Below, one piece after another: positions 17,895 through 26,266 of a DNA stretch of 64,000 bases (positions are counted from its first letter, which is position 1; every line of letters begins with the position of its first letter). The translations under genes and the position numbers were made by a program. Location: NCBI GenBank assembly GCA_022819585.1, contig JAJEGY010000014.1:20969-84968 (forward strand), written 5' to 3'. The notes below the pieces were generated by a model that worked only from the letters and a program-made list of their open reading frames with translations, had not been told where the DNA came from and searched no databases. This stretch comes from Dehalococcoidia bacterium. Lineage in GTDB: Bacteria; Chloroflexota; Dehalococcoidia; Lucifugimonadales; Lucifugimonadaceae.

Positions 17895-18602
17895 ATGTGG
17901 GCATTGACGATTGCTGGCGGGCGTGGTGAGCGGTTGCAGCCGTTGACGGACAATATCTGCAAGCCGATGGTGCCTGTGAATGGGGTGCCGTTATTGCAGC
18001 ATCAGGCGAGTTGGCTTCGCGCGAATGGGGTTACGGACATCGTGTTTCTTACCGGCTATCGGGCTGAGCAGGTTGAGGAGCATTTCGGGGATGGGGCACG
18101 GTTTGGTTTCAGGGCCCACTACTCGTCGGAGGAGACGCCTTTGGGTCGAGGGGGGGCGGTCAAGCAAGGGATGAGATTGGTGCCTGAGGATGTGGAGGAT
18201 GTGATTGTTGTGAATGGGGATGTTTTGACGGACCAGTCGTTGGCACCGTTGATCGAGGCTAGGCGCGAGCACGGGGCTAGGGCTGCGATCACGTTGATAC
18301 CTTATATCAGTCAGTTCGGGGTTGTTCTCGTCTCGGATGATGATGTGGTGACGAGTTTTGCGGAGAAGACGGAGTTGCCGTTTTGGATAAATGGCGGGAT
18401 TTATGTGTTGGAACGAAGGCTTGAGGGCTTATTTCCGGACGTCGGGGACCATGAAGACTCGACGTTTCCGCAGATAGTTGCCGAGGGTGGGATGAGGGCG
18501 ATCAGGTCGAGCGCGAATTGGATCTCGGTGGACAGCCACAAGGACTTGCGGCAGGCAGAGGAGATGATGTCTCAGGAGTTGTTGCCGCGCTCCATCATTT
18601 GA
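17895..18602 (+). CDS. Sugar-phosphate nucleotidyltransferase (NTP_transferase family)
   Basis: 235 aa. The N-terminal LTIAGGRGERLQPLTDNICKPMVPV is the G-x-G-x-R-L signature. NGDVL and INGGIYV blocks are also present. Confidence 0.85.
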   Translation: MWALTIAGGRGERLQPLTDNICKPMVPVNGVPLLQHQASWLRANGVTDIVFLTGYRAEQVEEHFGDGARFGFRAHYSSEETPLGRGGAVKQGMRLVPEDVEDVIVVNGDVLTDQSLAPLIEARREHGARAAITLIPYISQFGVVLVSDDDVVTSFAEKTELPFWINGGIYVLERRLEGLFPDVGDHEDSTFPQIVAEGGMRAIRSSANWISVDSHKDLRQAEEMMSQELLPRSII

Positions 18603-18619
18603 ACGCCTAAATGAAGCGC

Positions 18620-19132
18620 TTAGCTGGTAAAGAGCCGCAATAGATCGTGACGGGCGATCATCCCAACGGGTTTACCGTTGTCGACGACAGGGACGTGGTT
18701 CTCACCGGATTCGGCGATGGTCTCGATTACTTTGTCGATCGTGGTATCGGGATTCGCGTATCGCGGGTCGTGGTCCATGACTTCTTGGACGCTCTTTGAG
18801 CGCACCGTTTCGATGGCGTCGTAGTACGCCGAAGTGTGGTCGCTACCTACGTTTGCACCCATCAGGCGTGTCACGGTGCCGCGCACAAACGGGAACAGGT
18901 CCTCTTGAGGCATGAACATGCGCTCGGTGACCATGCCGCACAGGTCGCCCTCAGCGTCTACGACGACCACCGATCCGATGCTGTGCCTAATCATCAGGTC
19001 TGCAACGGTGGCGACTACATCGTCGAGATTCACAGTCACGACCGGGCTTGTCATGAAATCCCTAACCGTGAGTTCGATATCTTTGTTCACGTTTAATTCA
19101 CCGGGAGCTAATTTTGGAGGTCGGCGGACCAA
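18620..19132 (-). CDS. CBS-domain pair protein
   Basis: 170 aa. It contains two CBS repeats (VRDFMTSPVVTV...DAEGDLCGMVTE and VQEVMDHDPRYA...VVDNGKPVGMIARHDLLR). Confidence 0.85.
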   Translation of the reverse strand: MVRRPPKLAPGELNVNKDIELTVRDFMTSPVVTVNLDDVVATVADLMIRHSIGSVVVVDAEGDLCGMVTERMFMPQEDLFPFVRGTVTRLMGANVGSDHTSAYYDAIETVRSKSVQEVMDHDPRYANPDTTIDKVIETIAESGENHVPVVDNGKPVGMIARHDLLRLFTS

Positions 19133-19171
19133 ACGGCGGGGATTACCCGGTTAACGTCATCGAATCCGCGA

Positions 19172-19852
19172 TCAAACCGCGGCTCGGTCGCGCTCCTCTT
19201 TAACGTAGCGGGAGACTTGTATGGTTGCGATATCTAAGTTTTCGTCCGAGGTATTGATTACGAAGTCGTAAAGCTGTGGGTCTTCGGGATCGGCATCGTG
19301 GATCTTGTCGAAGTACTCGCGTTGGGCTTGTTCACGTTCGAAGATGATGCGTTCGGCGGTTGCTACATCGCTCAGGCCTTCACGGGCCATGACTCTTCGG
19401 ACTCGGTCATCCCAGTCGGCGAAGATGCCCACGCGGGCGACGTCTTCGTTTTCGGCCAATTCAACGGCACCGGCACGGTGCACGATTACCGCTTTACCAT
19501 TTTTGGCTACCTGGCTGAGGTTGTACGAGTTGACGAGTGAGTTGCCTGAAGTCGGTCCGTTTCTGTCCCATGTCAAGGGCAGATGGAGATCAGCACCGCC
19601 TTGTAGGAGCGGGTCATCACCGGCAGCTCCGACGGCGAAGTAGGATGCGGCCCGTTCGATCCACGCCCACAGCCGGTCTGAGAATTCGGCTTCCCTGCGT
19701 GGGTCGGCGAGATTCTGAGCCTGCCCATTTTCGATTGCCTGCAATCTGACTCGGTCAAAGAGTCTCCACCCGAGCATCCGGGCGATCTTTGTTCCGACAT
19801 CGAATCCGCCTGAACCGATGTGACCATCTATGGTGACCAATGTTTTGCGCAT
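19172..19852 (-). CDS. Cytidylate kinase-like family protein (P-loop variant)
   Basis: 226 aa. The N-terminus TIDGHIGSGGFDVGTKIARMLGW matches the cytidylate-kinase-like family pattern (ISRQ.GSGG..IA..LA..LG). Confidence 0.65.
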   Translation of the reverse strand: MRKTLVTIDGHIGSGGFDVGTKIARMLGWRLFDRVRLQAIENGQAQNLADPRREAEFSDRLWAWIERAASYFAVGAAGDDPLLQGGADLHLPLTWDRNGPTSGNSLVNSYNLSQVAKNGKAVIVHRAGAVELAENEDVARVGIFADWDDRVRRVMAREGLSDVATAERIIFEREQAQREYFDKIHDADPEDPQLYDFVINTSDENLDIATIQVSRYVKEERDRAAV

Positions 19853-19970
19853 TGGATTTCAAAGTATTGTTGGCGGCTGTTTAGTTGAAAACAGCACCCG
19901 CGCGTGCGCAAATAATATACGTATTTCGATGTCAAGGCAATTTTCGGCGATTTTTACGGAATTTTGAGAT

Positions 19971-20070
19971 TGGGATTCTTGGGATTTGGTGTTGGTTGTT
20001 GGGGGTGCCCCTCCCGTTTGTCCGCCCCGGTCACCCTCACCCGCTGTTTTTGGGTGGGGTTTGGGGTTGG
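19971..20070 (+). repeat. Family-1 intergenic repeat, copy C
   Basis: The module tgggattcttgggatttggtgttggttgttgggg precedes the core gtgcccctcccgtttgtccgccccggtcaccctcaccc at 20005-20042. An imperfect hairpin (accctcaccc / gggtggggt) follows. Confidence 0.8.
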
Positions 20071-20120
20071 TGATGATGTGTAAGATTTAGGTCATAGCAA
20101 CTCATCCGGCGAGGTGCGAG

Positions 20121-20429
20121 ATGGCGATAGAACAGTTTTCGAAATCTGATAAGGAATGGCGACGTCGTGCGGCCGGTCCGGATTCGGATGCTCAGGAGGT
20201 TGCGAGGCGTGATTTCGTGGTTGATGTTTCGGGTTTGTGGCTAGATTCTGCCGACGGATCCGAGTTTCTGGAGAAGCCGCGTGAGGTGAAGGAGTTCGAG
20301 ACGAGGGAGGAGTTCGAGGATTTTTGGAAGCGCTGCGATGAGGTTGCCGGACCGGGTCGGGAGCCGGATTGGGAAGAGCATTTGAAGACGATTAATGAAT
20401 CGCGCATGCGTGGGTTGCAAGACGTTTGA
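20121..20429 (+). CDS. Putative antitoxin partner of the downstream PIN toxin (no recognisable DNA-binding fold)
   Basis: 102-aa acidic ORF. Its TGA stop overlaps the TTG start of the PIN gene (TTGA at 20426-20429). Confidence 0.5.
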   Translation: MAIEQFSKSDKEWRRRAAGPDSDAQEVARRDFVVDVSGLWLDSADGSEFLEKPREVKEFETREEFEDFWKRCDEVAGPGREPDWEEHLKTINESRMRGLQDV

Positions 20430-20815
20430 TTTTTGTAGATACCAACGTCTTCGTGTATGCGGTTGGGCGTAGGCATCCCCGTCGAGAGGATGCGAGGAGC
20501 TTCTTGGCTGACACTCGGTTGGAAGGGACTCGGATGTTCACCTCGGCGGAGGTTTTGCAGGAGATCCTTCACGTTTATCTTCCGGTCGGCCGATTGGGTG
20601 ATCTGGACAGTGCGATGACGCTGCTCCGTGTGAGCGGCATCGAAGTGCTGGCGTTGGAAAAAGAGGATGTCGAGCTGGCGCGGCATTTGCACGAACGTCA
20701 TCCCGGCTTGAGTGCCAGAGACTTGTGTCATATTGCGAGCTGCGAGCGACGCGGGATCAGGGAGATCAAGACGTTTGACAGGTCGTTGCAGATGGCGTTT
20801 TATGAGGAGGGGTAG
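20426..20815 (+). CDS. vapC: PIN-domain ribonuclease toxin (VapC-like)
   Basis: 129 aa. It has the N-terminal IFVDTNVFVYA with the first acidic PIN residue, and later SARDLCHIA and a C-terminal acidic residue. Confidence 0.85.
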   Translation: MIFVDTNVFVYAVGRRHPRREDARSFLADTRLEGTRMFTSAEVLQEILHVYLPVGRLGDLDSAMTLLRVSGIEVLALEKEDVELARHLHERHPGLSARDLCHIASCERRGIREIKTFDRSLQMAFYEEG

Positions 20816-20819
20816 GTGG

Positions 20820-20915
20820 TGGGATTCTGGGGATTTGGTGTTGGTTGTTGAGGGGGTGGTTTGTTGTTTGGGATGTTTTCGTGGTGGGCCCCTTTGTCCT
20901 TCGGACATTTCCCCT
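20820..20915 (+). repeat. Family-1 intergenic repeat, copy D (degenerate core)
   Basis: tgggattctggggatttggtgttggttgttgagggg closely matches the 5' module of copy C. The core is degraded (gtgggcccctttgtccttcgg). It starts 5 nt after the vapC stop. Confidence 0.65.
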
Positions 20916-20977
20916 GAGTTTTCGGTCTCTTTGGCGGGGAAAACCCGGTTCTTCCTCGGCCCCTCTGGCGAGGATGG

Positions 20978-21715
20978 TTAGTCGATTGCGCTTAGGCCGC
21001 CATCTACGCTTAGGGATGCGCCGTTGATGTAGTCGTTGCTGATGATGCTGATTACGGCTTGGCTGACTTCGTCTAGGGTGCCTACTCGACCTGCGGGTCC
21101 CATTGTTCGGTTTGAGTATGATTCGCGTTCTTGGTTCTCGGAGGCGGTTAGGGGGAGTATGACTCCTAGGCGGAGTTCGTTGGATTGGATGCGGGGGGCG
21201 AGGCTGACGGCGAGGGTTTTTGTGAGGCCAGTCAATGCCGAGTTGGTGATCGCGTAGGTTATTCGGGAACGGTATGCTTGTCGTCGGTCGTTGATGTTGA
21301 GGATTTTTCCAGTGCTGTTCTCGGGCAGATCTCGTGCCATGGCTTGTGCCAGCAGCATCGGGGCGCGGACGTTGATGGACATTGCGCGGTCGAAGTCATC
21401 CGAGGTCAGGTCTTCGATGGTTACTTGGTCGAAGAATGAGGCGTTGTTGATGACGACTCTGGGAATGTCGCCGAGTTTTTCGATGGTTTCGCTCCAAACG
21501 CGGTGGCATTGATCTGAAATGGCGAGGTCGGCTTGTATCGCTTCGCTTTTTACGCCAAAACCGCGCGCCAGATTGCGAGTCTCGGTGGCGTCGGCCTCGG
21601 TGCTGTGGTAGTGGACCGCGACGTTGCAGCCGCTCTCGGCCAATGCGAGAGCGAGAGCGCGTCCGATGCGTCGGGATGCGCCGGTTACTAGGGCTGTCGA
21701 TCCTTTTATGTTCAT
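20978..21715 (-). CDS. Short-chain dehydrogenase/reductase (pteridine reductase/FolM-like)
   Basis: 245 aa. The cofactor motif is TGASRRIGRALALALAESG and the Y-x3-K centre is YAITNSALTGLTK. The overall pattern resembles PTR1/FolM-type SDRs. Confidence 0.85.
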   Translation of the reverse strand: MNIKGSTALVTGASRRIGRALALALAESGCNVAVHYHSTEADATETRNLARGFGVKSEAIQADLAISDQCHRVWSETIEKLGDIPRVVINNASFFDQVTIEDLTSDDFDRAMSINVRAPMLLAQAMARDLPENSTGKILNINDRRQAYRSRITYAITNSALTGLTKTLAVSLAPRIQSNELRLGVILPLTASENQERESYSNRTMGPAGRVGTLDEVSQAVISIISNDYINGASLSVDGGLSAID

Positions 21716-21874
21716 GGCGATGGCTCGCTGATAAGCGAATAGCCGGGTTCTTCAGCGAACGATGGCTCTAGTGGGGCCAGTCCGCTCCTGCGCCAGCGCC
21801 ATCACCGCATGGGCCGCGGGATAACGGAGGCTACGCGGGTCAGATGTTGGAGATACGTGGGAATAGAATCGAAC

Positions 21875-21947
21875 GGCCGGAGGTCGCCTAGCAAGCGTAA
21901 TGGTGTTAGCGCCTCTTGAAAGAACCCTGCTAACACTCCCTCCGGCC
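21875..21947. other. 73-nt nested double-helix element in a 415-nt intergenic region (candidate structured RNA, class and strand unknown)
   Basis: The outer 9-bp helix pairs ggccggagg (21875-21883) with cctccggcc (21939-21947). The inner 8-bp helix pairs gtgttagc (21903-21910) with gctaacac (21929-21936). Confidence 0.25.
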
Positions 21948-22131
21948 TTGAGAATATCGTACAACATGCGGCGCAGCGAAGCGATTTCAAATCTCCGCGC
22001 GTGCGGAACACCCAACCAAGTTCAATCGATGTGCGTCTATCCACCCACTGCCCTTCTGGCTGCCTACCGGCGCTACTCGCCTTCATGTTAGCCTTCGAGC
22101 AGTCAAAGTCGAGGCAATCGAGGAACTTGAG

Positions 22132-22749
22132 ATGATCTACGAATTCAGGACTTATGACCTCAAGGTGCGTTCTGTGCCGGAGTTTGAGGTTAGAGCGGCG
22201 GCGAAGATCAAGGAGGGGCGTCAGGACTACTCGCAACTTTTCGGGTTCTGGTTCAGTGAGGTAGGGCCGTTGAATCAGGTGGTCCACGTCTGGCCGTATG
22301 ACGATTTGGAGCAGCGGAGGAAGGTCCGAGCGGAGGTCGCTGAGAAGGGGATTTGGCCGCCGGACAACGCCGAGTTCGTCGTCGATATGCGGTCCGAGAT
22401 ATTCCTGCCTGCTCCGTTCATGGAGAATCGTGGCGAAGCCAAGCTGGGGCCGGTGTATGAGATGCGCATCTACAAGTACGCGCCGCCGGATATACCGAAG
22501 GTGATCGAGATCTGGGGCAATCACATCGAGGAGCGAGTGAAGTATTCGCCGCTGGTGGGTGCTTGGTACTCCGAACTTGGCGCGCTAAACACTTGGATTC
22601 ATATGTGGGCGTACGAGAGCTACGACCAACGGGCGGCTATTCGCGAGGAGACACGTGCCAAAGGGATCTGGCCGCCTCCGGGCGGGATCGCACCTATCAA
22701 GCAGGAAAACAAGCTCCTGCTTCCGATGAGTTTTTCGCCGTTGCAGTAG
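22132..22749 (+). CDS. NIPSNAP family protein (two NIPSNAP repeats)
   Basis: 205 aa. It has two similar halves: IYEFRTYDL...NQVVHVWPYDDLEQRRKVR and VYEMRIYKY...NTWIHMWAYESYDQRAAIR. Confidence 0.85.
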   Translation: MIYEFRTYDLKVRSVPEFEVRAAAKIKEGRQDYSQLFGFWFSEVGPLNQVVHVWPYDDLEQRRKVRAEVAEKGIWPPDNAEFVVDMRSEIFLPAPFMENRGEAKLGPVYEMRIYKYAPPDIPKVIEIWGNHIEERVKYSPLVGAWYSELGALNTWIHMWAYESYDQRAAIREETRAKGIWPPPGGIAPIKQENKLLLPMSFSPLQ

Positions 22750-22864
22750 GGGCTAGGCGCAGGCGATCCCTAAGCGGCGCTAGTCTGATTGGCTGCCAGA
22801 CACTTGATGGGATGCGAAATGCCACCTGTCGTGTGGTTGATCGCTGTAAAGCCCTAGGCTCTGT

Positions 22865-23545
22865 CTATTGCCACAGATCGGGATCGCGTCGGTTCATCAG
22901 TCCGAAACCCAGATATCCGTACCAGATAACCAGTAGCACGTAGCATCCCCGGGCCAGGCTGATAAAGGTGTCGCGGGCGCCGTTGTCGAGTACGGCCACC
23001 ATGAAGAAGATCATTACGGCTAGGCTGACAAGAGCGGCCAACAGGGAGATTATCCGGTTGAAGTCGTCTCTCGTGGAGAGGCCCAACGCGAATATGCAGC
23101 CGCCGAACCCGAGCGTAATCCCACCAGCGTAGAAGAGAGCGGAACCAGCATAGTAGACGGGAACGCTTCCTGCTATCTGTTCGCTGGTCTGTGCGTCGGC
23201 CAGAATGAAGTCCACGCCGCCGGCAAAAATCCAACCGGTCAGTCCGACGAAGATCATGAAGAAGCCCATCTGAACTAACGCCTTGCCGTTGCCCTCCAAG
23301 GTTACGTTCCGCATCAGCGCATAGAGGCCCGAGAGGATTAATGCGAGGCCAAGGATTATCGCGATGTTGGTTACATTGGTCAGCGCGGCGTTGGCACCTT
23401 TGGCCGTAATGGAGCCGACAGCGTCTGACGGTTCGACGCTGTCTATCAGCAGTCCGCCGGGCTCTATGAGAAAGAAGACGAAGGCGATTATCGGGCCGAA
23501 TATGAGGGAGAGTCCCGCTAGCCGGTTGACGGAAATTGTGCCCAT
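22865..23545 (-). CDS. Hypothetical polytopic membrane protein
   Basis: About six hydrophobic segments. I trimmed the start to the ATG at 23545 (MGTISVNR) because a strong AAGGAGG RBS lies 6 nt upstream. The longer ORF to 23593 lacks an RBS. Confidence 0.7.
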   Translation of the reverse strand: MGTISVNRLAGLSLIFGPIIAFVFFLIEPGGLLIDSVEPSDAVGSITAKGANAALTNVTNIAIILGLALILSGLYALMRNVTLEGNGKALVQMGFFMIFVGLTGWIFAGGVDFILADAQTSEQIAGSVPVYYAGSALFYAGGITLGFGGCIFALGLSTRDDFNRIISLLAALVSLAVMIFFMVAVLDNGARDTFISLARGCYVLLVIWYGYLGFGLMNRRDPDLWQ

Positions 23546-23638
23546 GTTTGAACCTCCTTTAAGTGATGTCATGGAAGGACCCATTGGGTTCAACTACCCC
23601 CAGCATACACCCTGATACCAATGTTGTGGTATTGCAAC

Positions 23639-23652
23639 GGGGGGGGGGGGGG
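23639..23652. repeat. Homopolymer G14 (C14 on the minus strand)
   Basis: 14 consecutive G residues. The tract sits between the folE stop (23700) and the start of the membrane-protein gene (23545). Confidence 0.95.
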
Positions 23653-23699
23653 CGAGGATGGGACTTGCGCAACCGCCCTATCAACGAGAGCAACCCAAC

Positions 23700-24434
23700 T
23701 CAAACCGAGGTGTTGCGGAGGTGATCCATGAACTCGTCGCGAGTGGCGGGGTTGTCTCGGAGGGAGCCCATTACCGCACTGGTCACCATGCGTGGGTCTT
23801 GCTTTCGGACGCCTCGCATTACGGTGCACATGTGAGTGCCTTCAACCACTACTCCGACGCCTTTGGGGTCTATGAGCGAGTCGAGGAAGCTGGCGATCTC
23901 CTGCGTCATCCGCTCTTGGACTTGGAGGCGACGGGCGAACATGTCGACGATGCGGGGAATCTTGGATAGGCCAACGACCTTCTTGTCGGGCAGGTATCCG
24001 ACATGGGCGTAGCCGTAGAAAGGTAGGAGGTGATGCTCGCAGAGGCTGTAGTACTCGATGGATTTGACGACTACGAGCTGGTCGTATTCGACATCGAAAA
24101 GAGCGCCGTTGAGGAGTTGCTCGGGGTCGATCGAGTAGCCGCTGAGGAGTTCGTCGAATAACTCGGCGACGCGTAGGGGTGTGCGCTCCGTGCCTTGCGG
24201 GTCAAGGTTGTCGGGTCCTATGGCCTTGAGGATCTCGTTGACACTGTCGGCGATCTGCGCTTTGGTGGCGGGGTTTAGAGTCACCCCAGCGTTGAACATG
24301 CCGGGTTCGTAACCGTTGGATGTGATTAGGGCGACGTCGTTTGAACTGTGGTTATCGGCGACCATTGCGATAGGACTATGTGTTGGGAATCTGGTTTGGC
24401 GGGACTTAATCCCTCTACCTTCAATTATCGCCAA
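23700..24434 (-). CDS. folE: GTP cyclohydrolase I
   Basis: Conserved blocks are ERTPLRVAELF, SLCEHHLLPF, VGLSKIPRIVDMFARRLQVQERMT and VVVEGTHMCTVMRG. The true start may be the internal ATG at 24365. Confidence 0.92.
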   Translation of the reverse strand: MAIIEGRGIKSRQTRFPTHSPIAMVADNHSSNDVALITSNGYEPGMFNAGVTLNPATKAQIADSVNEILKAIGPDNLDPQGTERTPLRVAELFDELLSGYSIDPEQLLNGALFDVEYDQLVVVKSIEYYSLCEHHLLPFYGYAHVGYLPDKKVVGLSKIPRIVDMFARRLQVQERMTQEIASFLDSLIDPKGVGVVVEGTHMCTVMRGVRKQDPRMVTSAVMGSLRDNPATRDEFMDHLRNTSV

Positions 24435-24526
24435 CCGTTCGATTGCCGTCGAAGATATGCTGAATTAACCTTCGACGTAGCCTTCTGGCGGTTGCTGGAC
24501 TGGCTGTCAGATCTAGGAGTTGAAGC

Positions 24527-25717
24527 GTGAAGATCACAGAGATTGAGACTTTCGTAGTTGATGCAGGTTGGCGTCCTTGGCAGTTCTGCGCGGTCAGAAC
24601 TGATGAGGGCATTACCGGGTATGGGGAGATGTCGGATGGGCGTAATCCGTATGGGATCATAGGCACGATAGCGGACTTCGAGCCGATATTGCTTGGTCAG
24701 GACCCGTTGGCGGTTGAGGCGCGGTATTGGGACATGTATCGGATGGCACGGCAATCACCGGGAGGGATTGCGGCTAAGGCGATCGCGGGTGTGGAGCTCG
24801 CGTTGTGGGATGTCAAGGGGAAGGCGATGGGGGTGCCGGTGCACAGTCTGTTCGGCGGGCCGACTCGAGAACGTCAGCAGGTCTACTGGTCGCACTGCGG
24901 GTCTTCTCGGTCGAGGAATCACGAGTTGATCGGGGTGCCACCGATGGATTCGTTTCAGGCAGTGACTGATTTAGGTCACGAAGTCAAGGAGCGTGGTTTT
25001 AAAGCGCTGAAGACGAACATCATCTTCTTTGACGAGGACACGCATGGTTACGGCTACGGGTTTGGCACCGATGCACCGGATCAAACGATCAAACCGGGGC
25101 TTCTCAGGCACGTCGAAAAGTACATCGGGACGTTCAAAGAAGCGGTCGGGCCTGATGTTGAGATTGCGCTGGACCTTAATTTCAACGTCAAACCGCAAGC
25201 GGCGAAGCAGATCTGCCGGGTTTTGGAGCAGTTCGACATGATGTGGGTGGAGATCGACATGTATGAGGTCGATGGGTTGAAGGAGGTCAAGGACAGCACG
25301 AGTTGTCCGATCACGTCGGGTGAGAACCTCTTCACGATTCGGGACTACCGGCCGTATTTCGCGGCTAGGGCGATGGATATCGCGATGATCGATGTGCCGT
25401 GGCAGGGCTTTGCGCGTGGGCGTGATGTCGGGATGTTGGCGGAGTCGCACGAGATCAACGTTGCGCCTCACAACTATTACTCTCACTTGGCTACGATGCA
25501 GGGGATCAATCTCTGCGCGACGTTGCCGAACGTGAGGATATGCGAGATCGATATTGACGACGTGCCTTGGAAGGATGACCTGACTGGTGGTCCGCTGACT
25601 TTCCACGACGGCGGGGTGTTGGACGTGCCGACAAAGCCGGGATGGGGAGTAGAGCTAGACGAGGAGGTTGCGCGGGCGCACCGCTGGGAGCGTGGGCGAG
25701 GGCCGGGATATCGTTGA
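24527..25717 (+). CDS. Enolase-superfamily enzyme (MR/MLE family, sugar-acid dehydratase-like)
   Basis: 396 aa with a GTG start. Blocks are MKITEIETFVVDAGWRPWQFCAVRTDEGITGYGE, ELALWDVKGK, ALDLN, VEID and the SGEN metal-ligand strands. Confidence 0.9.
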   Translation: MKITEIETFVVDAGWRPWQFCAVRTDEGITGYGEMSDGRNPYGIIGTIADFEPILLGQDPLAVEARYWDMYRMARQSPGGIAAKAIAGVELALWDVKGKAMGVPVHSLFGGPTRERQQVYWSHCGSSRSRNHELIGVPPMDSFQAVTDLGHEVKERGFKALKTNIIFFDEDTHGYGYGFGTDAPDQTIKPGLLRHVEKYIGTFKEAVGPDVEIALDLNFNVKPQAAKQICRVLEQFDMMWVEIDMYEVDGLKEVKDSTSCPITSGENLFTIRDYRPYFAARAMDIAMIDVPWQGFARGRDVGMLAESHEINVAPHNYYSHLATMQGINLCATLPNVRICEIDIDDVPWKDDLTGGPLTFHDGGVLDVPTKPGWGVELDEEVARAHRWERGRGPGYR

Positions 25718-26157
25718 CAAAAATCGTAGCGGCTATCGTCAGGAGAAAGGACGAGATACTCCTCGTCAAGCAGCGCGGACGGGATGACCCCATATCGTAT
25801 TGGACGATACCTGGTGGAGTTGTGGAAAACGGAGAAACTCTGAGCGAGGCCCTACAGCGCGAAGTCCGCGAGGAGGCCGGAATCGATGTTCTTGAGGTTG
25901 GTTCCGTTGCCTACATCGAGGAATCCCGACACGTCGACGGGGGATCAACATCGATCGTATTTGTGTTCGAGACGGAACGATGGATCGGTGCGCCGAAACC
26001 GGACGATCCCGACTGCCTAATCACCGAATGTCGGTTTGTCCCCATGTCTGAAGCCGTATCGCTGCTCCAAGAGATACCGTACGATGCGATGCGCGAGCCT
26101 TTGTTGGCGTACCTGGCTGGAGATTCTGATCCTGGGGCGCTGTGGGAATACGACTGA
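25714..26157 (+). CDS. NUDIX hydrolase
   Basis: The Nudix box is GGVVENGETLSEALQREVREEAGI. I set the start to the in-frame TTG at 25714, which overlaps the enolase TGA stop (TTGA). The longer ORF from 25642 would overlap that gene by 76 nt. Confidence 0.85.
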   Translation: MTKIVAAIVRRKDEILLVKQRGRDDPISYWTIPGGVVENGETLSEALQREVREEAGIDVLEVGSVAYIEESRHVDGGSTSIVFVFETERWIGAPKPDDPDCLITECRFVPMSEAVSLLQEIPYDAMREPLLAYLAGDSDPGALWEYD

Positions 26158-26178
26158 AGATGCTTCAAGATTCGGGAG

Positions 26179-26252
26179 CTAAATCTTCGTATGGATTTCA
26201 TAGGAAGCGATTCAAGGTTAACTCTTCTTAAGGAACCCATACGAAGATTTAG
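26179..26252. repeat. Family-2 palindromic element, copy F1 (downstream flank of the Fic gene)
   Basis: A perfect 16-bp inverted repeat pairs ctaaatcttcgtatgg (26179-26194) with ccatacgaagatttag (26237-26252). It encloses gaagcgattcaaggttaactcttcttaagga. Confidence 0.8.
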
Positions 26253-26266
26253 CGGGATTGCTGAGA

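Noticed and set aside
21875-21947. Possible tRNA (73 nt with a terminal GC helix)
   Set aside because: There is no cloverleaf. The D-arm and T-arm cannot be formed, there is no TPsiC-loop GTTCRANNC in the right place, and the internal hairpin has an 18-nt loop.
21802-22524. 240-aa minus-strand ORF
   Set aside because: It is antisense to the NIPSNAP gene and extends into the intergenic region. It has no coding character.
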